NCBI GenBank assembly: GCA_964344685.1
Contig: CAYFOK010000007.1
Span: forward strand, 79,771 to 111,770
Length of the DNA: 32,000 nucleotides
Reading direction: 5' to 3'
From: an uncultured Candidatus Scalindua sp.
Lineage (GTDB): Bacteria; Planctomycetota; Brocadiia; Brocadiales; Scalinduaceae
The translations under genes and the position numbers were made by a program. Shown piece after piece: positions 8,939-16,796 of the stretch. Each line of letters begins with the position of its first letter. The first letter of the stretch is position 1. The notes below the pieces were generated by a model. It was not told the DNA's origin, made no database searches, and saw only the letters and a list, made by a program, of their open reading frames with translations.

Positions 8939-9856
8939 TCAAAGCCTTAAGTCATGCGACTTCATCCTCCGCCCATATTTCATGTAAAGTATCTCTCGAA
9001 GGCTGTCACGTTTCTCCCAGTATTCTAACTCTAGATGCTCAATGCCCATCTTTTTGTAACATAATGCAATATGACGGTAGCATTCTAACTTGGAATAGCT
9101 TGCATAGCTTACAACCTCAGGCTTCAGCTCTATAGCCTTCTTAAAATTCTCTATCGCCTCCTCATATAGGCTAAGCCCCTTCTGTACGTAACCAAGAGAT
9201 TGGTAGTAGAATGAATCCTTTGGATTCAGCTCTATAGCCTTCTTATAATTTTCTATTGCATCCTCATATAGACTATCCATGTGTTGTGCGTTGGCAAGTT
9301 CATAGTAGTAGTCTGCAACCTTTGAATTCAGCTCTATAGCCTTTTCATAATTTTCGATTGCATCCTCATATAGACTAAGCTTATGCTGTGCACGACCAAG
9401 GTAATAGTAGTAATCAGCAACCTCTGGATTCAACTGTATGGCTTTCTTACAATTCTCTATTGCATCATTATTTAGGCTATCCCCAATTGAACTATCTTCG
9501 TATTGTGCACGGCCAAGGTGATAGTAGTAGTCTGCAACCTCTGGATTCAGCTCTATAGCCTTCTTACAATTCGATGTTGCATCCTCATATTCACACAGAG
9601 GATATTGTGCACGGCCAAGGTAATGGTAGTAGTCTGCAACATCTGGATTCAACTGTATGGCTTTCTCACAATTCTCTATTGCCTCGTCATACTCCCCTTT
9701 TATAATATGCTCTTTCCCTTTGAAGAAATAAAAATCAGCATCTCTGACTTGTTCTAAAGCAGTAAGCCCTCTAATGACAAGTTCTTTTCGTACTTTTGGG
9801 TCGTACCTTGTAATGGCAGTCGATCTTTTTACAATAGCCTTGTTCTTCTCGGTCAT
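8939..9856 (-). CDS. tetratricopeptide (TPR) repeat protein
   Basis: 305 aa with about seven AIE(N)xKKAIELNPxxADYYYxLGxAQ units. The start codon is 1 nt after the stop of the upstream J-domain gene. Confidence 0.9.
   Translation of the reverse strand: MTEKNKAIVKRSTAITRYDPKVRKELVIRGLTALEQVRDADFYFFKGKEHIIKGEYDEAIENCEKAIQLNPDVADYYHYLGRAQYPLCEYEDATSNCKKAIELNPEVADYYYHLGRAQYEDSSIGDSLNNDAIENCKKAIQLNPEVADYYYYLGRAQHKLSLYEDAIENYEKAIELNSKVADYYYELANAQHMDSLYEDAIENYKKAIELNPKDSFYYQSLGYVQKGLSLYEEAIENFKKAIELKPEVVSYASYSKLECYRHIALCYKKMGIEHLELEYWEKRDSLREILYMKYGRRMKSHDLRL
9121..9700 (-). repeat. intragenic tandem DNA repeats (about 96-117 bp period) encoding the TPR units
   Basis: GGATTCAGCTCTATAGCCTTCTTAnAATT-type blocks recur at about 9121, 9226, 9322, 9424, 9541 and 9644. 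Confidence 0.8.
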
Positions 9857-9857
9857 A

Positions 9858-10748
9858 TTAGTATTCTACCTCTTGGATTATTTCTTTATACTCCGCAACA
9901 AGTCCATCTAGTAATGTCTGATTATCGTCGATCTCTTCTTTTATATTGTCTGCAAGTTCCTGTAGTAAATCCCTGTCCTCTTTTTTCGCATCATCAACTT
10001 TCACTTTCAATTTATAGGTCTCGTCTTCTTTCAAATCATCAAGTTCCGCATACCGTTTTGCAATAATTCCAAGAATGGTGTCATAGTCTGCCTTCAATCT
10101 GGCAAGCGTCTCCACTGGGGTCTCTTTAGCTATTTTCTCTTCTCGTTCTGCTCGACTCATATATTCTCTTAGGGTTCTTTGATCCTTATTCCTGTATGCC
10201 TCATTTATCACAGCCATGATACTATGATATTTTTTTCTCCGCTTGTCGTCTCTTGCCTTGTCTGGATGGAATTTAATAGCAAGCCTTCGATATAGTCTTT
10301 TTAGTTCTTCTTTATCTTCCGTGTTAAGAGTTGGACCACTTTCTTCTTGCTCCAGATATTCTCTATATTCATCTGCTGCCTCGGACGCCTCGCCTCCAAG
10401 ATCATTAATCTTCTGCCTTTCTTCAGTAAAAGTCTGATTTACTTCATCTTCAATGCTATCTAAATCATGTTGAGAAGTTTTTTTACCCTGAGCAAGGTCA
10501 ATCCTAAGCTGATATTCTTTCACTTTTAATTTTATTTTGTCAAGTTTCACATAAAGCAAGCCAACCCTTGAATTATATTCACCCAAGAATACATTCAATG
10601 TAATATTTATGTTCTGGACTTGGATTAATAACTCAGACGCCTCATTCTCTTTTTCCGCTATACGAGCTTTCCAAATATTTAATTCCTTCTGGACATCACC
10701 TGTAGAAGGAACTAATTTATTACCCTTTGCTTTGTTATTTTCTGCCAT
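9858..10748 (-). CDS. J-domain (DnaJ-like) protein with flanking coiled coils
   Basis: 296 aa. The central LKRLYRRLAIKFHPDKARDD...AVINEAYR segment carries the HPD tripeptide. No Gly/Phe or zinc-finger regions of full DnaJ are present. Confidence 0.85.
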   Translation of the reverse strand: MAENNKAKGNKLVPSTGDVQKELNIWKARIAEKENEASELLIQVQNINITLNVFLGEYNSRVGLLYVKLDKIKLKVKEYQLRIDLAQGKKTSQHDLDSIEDEVNQTFTEERQKINDLGGEASEAADEYREYLEQEESGPTLNTEDKEELKRLYRRLAIKFHPDKARDDKRRKKYHSIMAVINEAYRNKDQRTLREYMSRAEREEKIAKETPVETLARLKADYDTILGIIAKRYAELDDLKEDETYKLKVKVDDAKKEDRDLLQELADNIKEEIDDNQTLLDGLVAEYKEIIQEVEY

Positions 10749-11039
10749 CGTGGAAACATTTTCCGATATTTTTCAACTTAAGATTATTTTACTTACACAT
10801 AAGTAATGTCAATCATTATACTTTGCAGGAAAGTTCATCTATTTGAATCCTTAAAAGAATAAACTTAATTTATAAAAGCATATCCTACCATCTAATGGTT
10901 GATTAATTTGTAGAGTGAAGTTGCTAGCGGTATAGTAGTGAGGATAGATATCAAAATCAAGATTAAAAACAAGGACTTACGACACATTTGATTAATTTGC
11001 AAGTATTTAATAAATAAAAACTTACAAAATAGAATGTTA

Positions 11040-11058
11040 GTTGTTTCTTGGTATCAAG
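11040..11058 (+). repeat. GTTGTTTCTTGGTATCAAG: downstream copy of the ori-like 19-mer
   Basis: 18/19 identical to 17948-17966 in the same orientation. On the minus strand it reads CTTGATACCAAGAAACAAC. Confidence 0.5.
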
Positions 11059-11152
11059 GTAAAGAAAGCATGGTTACTTCACCTTTTTTATTAAATTAAA
11101 AAGATTTGGTAACATACTTCTAAAAAAAAATTTAGAAACCATAGTTTTAAAA

Positions 11153-12061
11153 CTACAATTTCTCAATTTTTATTTCATCATTAATCTTTTTTTTATCAGT
11201 AACAGAAATCTTCACTTTTTTTAATCCTTTCTTGGTCTTCACAACATAATGACCGTCAATTATACCAATGATTTTATACATGTTATTATCCTCAACCTCT
11301 AATTCTTCAGGTTCAAGTTGTGGTTCCTGAACATCATCAATAACAGTCGCAGGAGTACGAATGTTATGCTTATTCATATTATGAAAGATGTTCATAAAAC
11401 CAAATCGAAAAATCAATCCAGCACATACAACCAAACCAACAAATATTAAAATATGCTTGAACGGAATACTTTTAATCTTTTCACCTTCACCTATTATCAT
11501 TGAACAGTACATTCCAAAGACTTTTTGATCTTGTTTTATTCTTTTTGTCTTGAAGCATTCATCTCCTGAGTAGAATTTATAGGTAAAACTTTTACCAATC
11601 GAGTTAGAACGCCTTACCGCTTTTATTTCATACTCTGCCAGCTCTCTCAACTCTTTAGCAAGGCAACGAGTATCCTGGGTTATTAAATAGATATCACACC
11701 CCAAATGGCGATGCATTTGAAAGAAAAGAAAAACATTAACATCATAAAATTTTCTATGAAAATAGTTACCACTCTGCGCTTCGTCAATAATATAAATAAC
11801 ATTAGAGTTCATGCAAAAAGTCTCTTGGTATTTATTATTGAAAAATGTAGAGAGCCCACCAGCATCAGCAATGAACTTATCAAGATCATCTCCAAGTTTC
11901 ATATTCTTGATATTTGTATATACTCTTACATCAACATCTCTTGCCTTAGGAACCCATTTGTCTAATTCATCAGACCAAGTATAATAAGATTTTAATACGT
12001 GATTAACAGCATAGTACGTTTTACCGGAACCAATTTTACCTTGAATTAATCGTATGGCCAT
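11153..12061 (-). CDS. Zot / pI-type filamentous-phage assembly ATPase
   Basis: 302 aa. N-terminal P-loop IQGKIGSGKTYYAV, Walker B VIYIIDEAQ, a central TM helix (ILIFVGLVVCAGLIFRFGF) and a short C-terminal domain give the standard Zot architecture. Confidence 0.85.
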   Translation of the reverse strand: MAIRLIQGKIGSGKTYYAVNHVLKSYYTWSDELDKWVPKARDVDVRVYTNIKNMKLGDDLDKFIADAGGLSTFFNNKYQETFCMNSNVIYIIDEAQSGNYFHRKFYDVNVFLFFQMHRHLGCDIYLITQDTRCLAKELRELAEYEIKAVRRSNSIGKSFTYKFYSGDECFKTKRIKQDQKVFGMYCSMIIGEGEKIKSIPFKHILIFVGLVVCAGLIFRFGFMNIFHNMNKHNIRTPATVIDDVQEPQLEPEELEVEDNNMYKIIGIIDGHYVVKTKKGLKKVKISVTDKKKINDEIKIEKL

Positions 12062-12062
12062 T

Positions 12063-13453
12063 TTATGTTTTCCTCACAAATTTAAGTCTCTGATTTTCAA
12101 AGTCCTTCTCATTAAAGAGAATTTCGACAGAGAGAAGCAAGATTAACTCTGTTTTAGTTTTGTTGATATCCTCTGACCTGAACATTTTTCCAAGATATGG
12201 AATATCACCAAGAAGCGGTATTTTCTGATTTTTTTGTTAGAAGAATTTTCCATTAAACCACCTACATAAATTTTCTGCCCATCATTAATCAATGTAGTCA
12301 TTTCAAGTGAGTTTTTAGTAAACGATGGTGAGTCAATCAAAGGGTTTTGAACGGTTTGAACAATGTCACTGATCTCTTGACTAAGATATAATTTAACAAC
12401 ATTGTTTTCTTCAACGTCAACCTTGACGTTTAGTAAAACGCCAACGTCTCGATATTCGATATTTTCAGATCGTAAACCATTTGCAGATACAGAAGTACCT
12501 TTTCGGATAGGTTCTTCACGTCCAATTTTAATAACGGAGGTCTGACCGTCCTGGACTAATACATGTGGCTTTGAAAGAATCTCTACTTTACTTTCAGAAT
12601 TTAAAATGGTGATGAAAGTGTTTACATCTCTATGAAAAGTAAAAGCTTTGAGCCCTTTACCAGCAAGACCAGTAGTCAAAGACGTTATTCCCTCTGTTAA
12701 TAGAGATATTTGACCGCCTCTATTATTTTTCGTCCTAAAGAAGTACTCGACACCATATTGAAGAGCATCGTTTAAAGTGACTTCCATAATTGTGAATTCT
12801 ACAAGTACCTGTTTTGGCCGTTTGTCAAAGGTTTTAATAACCTCCTTAACCTTATTATAATCGTCTTTACCGGCTTTTATGATAAGTACGTTAATGCTTT
12901 TGTTTTCAGTAATAGCAATTTCCGGGAAGACATCATTCAGTAAAGATTTTAGATTTCCAGAGCTTTCATATTGCAAACGATACAGATAAACATTTTTTGT
13001 GTCATCCGGTGAAGTTTGTATATTAAGATCATTCAGGTTTTCGTTATTATGAATTCCATATAACGCACCGTTTTTTATTAGTTGATAGTTTTTACTATTT
13101 AAAACGGTACGAACCATTTTCAGAATTTCATCTCTTTTAAATTTACCTTTTATTTCGATATCAACATTACCGATCAAATCATCAACGATAATGTAATTCT
13201 CTTTGATGATTCCCATCAAAAGACTAACAACATCTTTGAGTTCAACTTTCTCAAATTGCATATCAACGTCAATACCACCTCTTTTAAGTTCGGGCTTTAC
13301 CTTGCCCTCTTTTACTTTCCATTGCCAGTTTTCGACATTTTTTGTTTTAGCCGTATTGGTAAAAAGTTTTTTCTCTGGTTTCTTTTTTATGAGCGCACAA
13401 CCCGGAGCACAAAAACATATTACAAATACTAAGACACAGATTTTTCTCAGCAT
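12063..13453 (-). CDS. pIV/GspD-type secretin, interrupted by a frameshift at an A7 tract (12229-12235)
   Basis: The secretin core is readable (VLVEFTIMEVTLNDALQYGVEYF). The annotated frame ends at 12143 in nonsense sequence. The -1 frame after the A7 run reads NQKIPLLGDIPYLGKMFRSEDINKTKTELILLLSVEIL, the canonical secretin C-terminus, and stops at 12063-12065, 1 nt before the Zot ATG. The likely start is the ATG at 13453 (AAGGAG upstream), giving the signal MLRKICVLVFVICFCAPGC. Confidence 0.85.
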
Positions 13454-13559
13454 TTTTACAGTCTCCTTTTCAATAAGGAAATTTCTGCCAGTTAAAAAAT
13501 TCACGCCAAAGGTTAAGTTTTTTTGTCATGCTTTTTAAACTTCTGGAAACGTGTTGATT

Positions 13560-13805
13560 TTAATAACAATATAAAAAACCCAAAACAAAAAGGAGTTGTG
13601 ATTTTTGTTTTGGGTTTTTTACTAAAAGATCGGGGACGTACCGGTAACTTTTTTGATGAGAGTTATAACAAACCCAACCACTCAATAAATCCTTTTTAAG
13701 TAGTTCAATACAATAAGAGAGGCTTACAACTTTTTTAAGTCTGTTATATTCATCTTTTTTACTTAGTTTGTAAGTATTAGTATTAACCTTCTTCTTAGTA
13801 ATCAT
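13560..13805 (-). CDS. hypothetical basic protein
   Basis: 81 aa with an ATGA overlap onto the upstream ORF. Its last ~20 codons are a read-through of a perfect hairpin, so the 3' end is doubtful. Confidence 0.35.
   Translation of the reverse strand: MITKKKVNTNTYKLSKKDEYNRLKKVVSLSYCIELLKKDLLSGWVCYNSHQKSYRYVPDLLVKNPKQKSQLLFVLGFLYCY
13573..13620 (-). terminator. perfect 19-bp stem / 10-nt loop hairpin flanked by A/T runs
   Basis: AAAAAACCCAAAACAAAAA ggagttgtga TTTTTGTTTTGGGTTTTTT. It looks like an intrinsic terminator on either strand. Confidence 0.5.
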
Positions 13806-14026
13806 CCCAATCCTTCATTTTTGTTCCATTCATTCATTTCCATTTCTACACATTGTTCTGCTGTTAAAGTTTTTCCACTATCCAAATACATTTCCCAACC
13901 AACTAGACCATATTCCCTATAACTTAGACCGGTAGAATCAGAAAAATCACCTTCACGCAAACCACATTTATTTCTCAAATGCATTATATATCTATCAATA
14001 AATTCTTCTTTTTCTATATCTACCAT
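13802..14026 (-). CDS. hypothetical soluble protein (phage module)
   Basis: 74 aa. The start is 1 nt after the stop of the pVI-like gene. No family recognised. Confidence 0.5.
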   Translation of the reverse strand: MVDIEKEEFIDRYIMHLRNKCGLREGDFSDSTGLSYREYGLVGWEMYLDSGKTLTAEQCVEMEMNEWNKNEGLG

Positions 14027-14027
14027 T

Positions 14028-14363
14028 TTACAACCTCACAAAAGGTATCATCCGTATAGCCATTCTGAAAGCTACAGCAGACATAATAAGTGAAAACCCT
14101 TCAACAACTTTCAGGTGTATCGCGAACCACGCCGTAATGCCTGTAAAGTTGATTAAATAGCTATTGACGCCGTAAGTACCGTCAATGGTATTTAACGTGC
14201 TCATGACTCCCTCAATGAGCATATAGATCATTCTGCTAAACAAGACCGGAACAATGGTAATTACCAGCGTCCAGATGAATAACTTCATAGCGGTGAAACG
14301 TACAACACTATAACCAACCCAACTACCAAAGGCCGAAAGTAACCAGCTTAATAATGCAGGCAT
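14028..14363 (-). CDS. pVI-like minor coat / membrane protein
   Basis: 111 aa, multi-pass and hydrophobic. It starts MPALLSWLL, compared with M13 g6p (112 aa) starting MPVLLG, and sits directly after the pIII-like gene as in Ff phages. Confidence 0.55.
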   Translation of the reverse strand: MPALLSWLLSAFGSWVGYSVVRFTAMKLFIWTLVITIVPVLFSRMIYMLIEGVMSTLNTIDGTYGVNSYLINFTGITAWFAIHLKVVEGFSLIMSAVAFRMAIRMIPFVRL

Positions 14364-14386
14364 TTTTTAGACTCCCTTGAATTTAA

Positions 14387-15604
14387 TTACACTCCCATTG
14401 CTATAAAAACAGCTCTAATAGCCATTAATCCCAATACAAAACTACCAAACAGATCAACCATCCAATCTAATGAACAAAAATCAATAGTCATGGATTTCCC
14501 AAAGAGTGTCATTGGAAGTGAACAGGTTGCACCGGTTACATTGATCTGGCTATCCGTGGCCAGAAGTACCAAAGGATTGGATGCAAGATATCCGGTAATT
14601 AAACCAGTCCAGTCCGTTTCTCCAACCTCAGAAACATCTCCCGGAAGGCTTGCGTCATAGGTTGAACTGTCCGCAGTACCTACAGAACCAGAAACAGTAC
14701 CAACAGGAATAGACCCGGTATCGTCAAGACCTGATATATCATCTATACCGTCCTGGTTAGCATCAGTAAAATTTCCTGGAGGTTGTGAAACAGGAGTTCC
14801 AGTACCACACACACCACCATAATCAATCCCAGTTTCGTCCTGATTCATAATACCGTCAAAGCAGGTTTCCGCAGGAGGACACACAAGACCAAAATTAAGC
14901 TCACACACTCCACCACAATCAACACCTGTTTCGTCTTGATTCTGGATACCATCGAAACAATCAGGCAGTTGTGGAACATCTTCTTCAAACTCATAAAAAT
15001 CAACAGCTAAATCCAAAATAGGACCTTGATCTGTTGCACCTATAGTGCCTGAATAAACATTCCCCATTCCTCCCGGAACCGGATCATTAAGAAAAGGGTC
15101 ACCGATATTAGTATCCTGAAGAAATGTATCAGTTGCACTAATTACTCCTTTCCATTTAACATCACCATTTTCATTCATATATATCCAGAAACCAACATTT
15201 GAACCGGTAATAGCATTTGCTAATGCCTGTGACATACTCGTATTAGTCAACGTTGTCCACTGTGTAGTATTTGACCAGATTGAATCCATCCCCGGTAATA
15301 CAGGATAAAACTTTTTACCATCATTTTGATTTGTATATACAATTGAATCGGTACTTGAACCAAGAAAGGTATCAATAAAATCAACCTGACCTGTTGAAGT
15401 GTTAACATTACTAATTTGTCTTAGAGCAATGTCTCCATTGTCTTTTGTAAAATACATAATTGCACCAACTGTTAACGCAGCAGCAACATTAATACCTACC
15501 CAGAGAGCAAGAGGTACGACTGCATCTGCCTTTCTGGTCTGGACATAGAAAGAAGAAAAGAGAAATGTGATAGTTAAAACAAAAACTATTAAATATTTTT
15601 TCAT
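14387..15604 (-). CDS. pIII-like adsorption / minor coat protein
   Basis: 405 aa. It has an N-terminal signal and a central duplicated Cys-rich module. The C-terminal GKSMTIDFCSLDWMVDLFGSFVLGLMAIRAVFIAMGV resembles the M13 g3p membrane-anchor region in pattern (GK..IDC...LF.G.F..L). Confidence 0.6.
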   Translation of the reverse strand: MKKYLIVFVLTITFLFSSFYVQTRKADAVVPLALWVGINVAAALTVGAIMYFTKDNGDIALRQISNVNTSTGQVDFIDTFLGSSTDSIVYTNQNDGKKFYPVLPGMDSIWSNTTQWTTLTNTSMSQALANAITGSNVGFWIYMNENGDVKWKGVISATDTFLQDTNIGDPFLNDPVPGGMGNVYSGTIGATDQGPILDLAVDFYEFEEDVPQLPDCFDGIQNQDETGVDCGGVCELNFGLVCPPAETCFDGIMNQDETGIDYGGVCGTGTPVSQPPGNFTDANQDGIDDISGLDDTGSIPVGTVSGSVGTADSSTYDASLPGDVSEVGETDWTGLITGYLASNPLVLLATDSQINVTGATCSLPMTLFGKSMTIDFCSLDWMVDLFGSFVLGLMAIRAVFIAMGV

Positions 15605-15612
15605 AATTACCT

Positions 15613-15735
15613 TTAACTATATGTAATTGTATGAATAACTTTTTTAACTACCCAAATAACCGCCAATAATCCCACGATAGTGGAAGCAAATATAAAAATC
15701 TTTGATGTGTCTATACTTATCATTGAATAATCCAT
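15613..15735 (-). CDS. 40-aa major-coat-like protein, paralog 1
   Basis: MDYSMISIDTSKIFIFASTIVGLLAVIWVVKKVIHTITYS: acidic N-terminus, one TM helix, basic C-terminus (a Pf3-type coat layout with no signal peptide). This is the internal ATG of track ORF 15613-15798. Confidence 0.55.
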   Translation of the reverse strand: MDYSMISIDTSKIFIFASTIVGLLAVIWVVKKVIHTITYS

Positions 15736-15812
15736 AGTTTTTTCCTGATAGAAGAATTTATAAAAATGTTGGCCAGCCTCTAGAAAGCCAACCAACACCC
15801 GGCAAGGAATCG

Positions 15813-15935
15813 TTAAGAACGATTAGCTAGTTTGATAACCTTTTTTACTGCCCATATGCCAGCAATAGCGGTAACTATTACACCTGCCAGAACAAGCACC
15901 TGAGTAGTATCAATGGCCAATGTACTGAAATCCAA
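15813..15935 (-). CDS. 40-aa major-coat-like protein, paralog 2 (not in the ORF track)
   Basis: My translation: (M)DFSTLAIDTTQVLVLAGVIVTAIAGIWAVKKVIKLANRS. TTG start with AAAGGGGGTG upstream. 18/40 identical, ungapped, to paralog 1. Confidence 0.5.
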   Translation of the reverse strand: MDFSTLAIDTTQVLVLAGVIVTAIAGIWAVKKVIKLANRS

Positions 15936-15964
15936 GACTATCACCCCCTTTCCTGTTATAAAGG

Positions 15965-16270
15965 TTAAACTGCGTATTTAACACACACGTAAGCCAGCAG
16001 AGAACCACAGACCACACCCGCCAGACCCATAAGGAAATTCTCTGACCATACACCCTGCAGGGATACGGAAGAGAGGAAAACATGTATTGAATTTACAGGA
16101 GCATCAATTGTCATATTGCCAGAGCACAGGAAATTCAGAGGGGTCATACCGGAAGACATTAATACATCGCCATTCACGCCATTGGAAGTGATATTGATCA
16201 GACCGTTATAATTATTAGAAGAGATAACCACGTCCGACATATCACCACAATCATAGTTAGTAATAGCCAA
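15965..16270 (-). CDS. hypothetical protein with a C-terminal TM anchor
   Basis: 101 aa. TTG start with AAGGAG 8 nt upstream. C-terminal LMGLAGVVCGSLLAYVCV. Confidence 0.45.
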   Translation of the reverse strand: MAITNYDCGDMSDVVISSNNYNGLINITSNGVNGDVLMSSGMTPLNFLCSGNMTIDAPVNSIHVFLSSVSLQGVWSENFLMGLAGVVCGSLLAYVCVKYAV

Positions 16271-16274
16271 GTTT

Positions 16275-16439
16275 TTAACTCCTTGTCATAATATTAAAAA
16301 GCCATCCAACCATCATGGAGAGAACACCAAAAGACAACACCAGAGTAAAAAAATAATCGAACATAACATTTCCGGTTATATTTACCGGAAGAATGTCCCA
16401 CACTCCACCCCAATCACCAAAAGCACCTATAACAAGCAT
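16275..16439 (-). CDS. 54-aa hydrophobic protein (not in the ORF track)
   Basis: My translation: MLVIGAFGDWGGVWDILPVNITGNVMFDYFFTLVLSFGVLSMMVGWLFNIMTRS. GGAAAGGTGTGGATT lies immediately before the ATG. It is nearly identical to the initiation region of the gene at 16774. Confidence 0.4.
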   Translation of the reverse strand: MLVIGAFGDWGGVWDILPVNITGNVMFDYFFTLVLSFGVLSMMVGWLFNIMTRS

Positions 16440-16528
16440 AATCCACACCTTTCCAATTTTAAGTTTAAGAGGGAGGCCAGGAGAATAGCTCCATGTACTA
16501 CGGAGCTAACCTCCCCCTTAAAAACAAA

Positions 16529-16774
16529 CTATTTTTGTTTACCGTTTTCTAAAGTAACACGCTTAACATCCATACGAATTTCATTCCCTGACGGAAAGAA
16601 CTTGTTGAAATCAACCTTGACAGGGTCTCCCATGTTTAGAAGCTGTTCACCTTTAACTTTCTCCACAGGAAGAAATACTCTAAACGTGTCTCCAAGATCT
16701 TTACACATCACTTTAAAACCTACTCCCTTATCAGAAGCATTTACTAAACTAGCAACCATTCCATCAACTACCAT
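16529..16774 (-). CDS. candidate ssDNA-binding protein (gV position and size)
   Basis: 81 aa from the internal ATG at 16774, preceded by GAAAGGTGGTGGATT. It is small and beta-rich-looking and lies immediately after Rep. The call rests on position and size only. Confidence 0.4.
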   Translation of the reverse strand: MVVDGMVASLVNASDKGVGFKVMCKDLGDTFRVFLPVEKVKGEQLLNMGDPVKVDFNKFFPSGNEIRMDVKRVTLENGKQK

Positions 16775-16796
16775 AATCCACCACCTTTCAAAAAAA

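Noticed and set aside
9121-9700. Regularly spaced ~100-bp repeats that could be mistaken for a CRISPR-like or satellite array
   Set aside because: They lie entirely within one long ORF and encode successive TPR units (AIELNPEVADYYY...). The spacers are the rest of each TPR helix pair, and the period is far larger than CRISPR repeat-spacer units.
11906-11912. CTTGATA heptamer on the plus strand inside zot as an additional Rep nick site
   Set aside because: It is an isolated 7-mer on the wrong strand, inside coding sequence and without the extended 19-mer context. I kept it only as a caution that the heptamer alone is not diagnostic.
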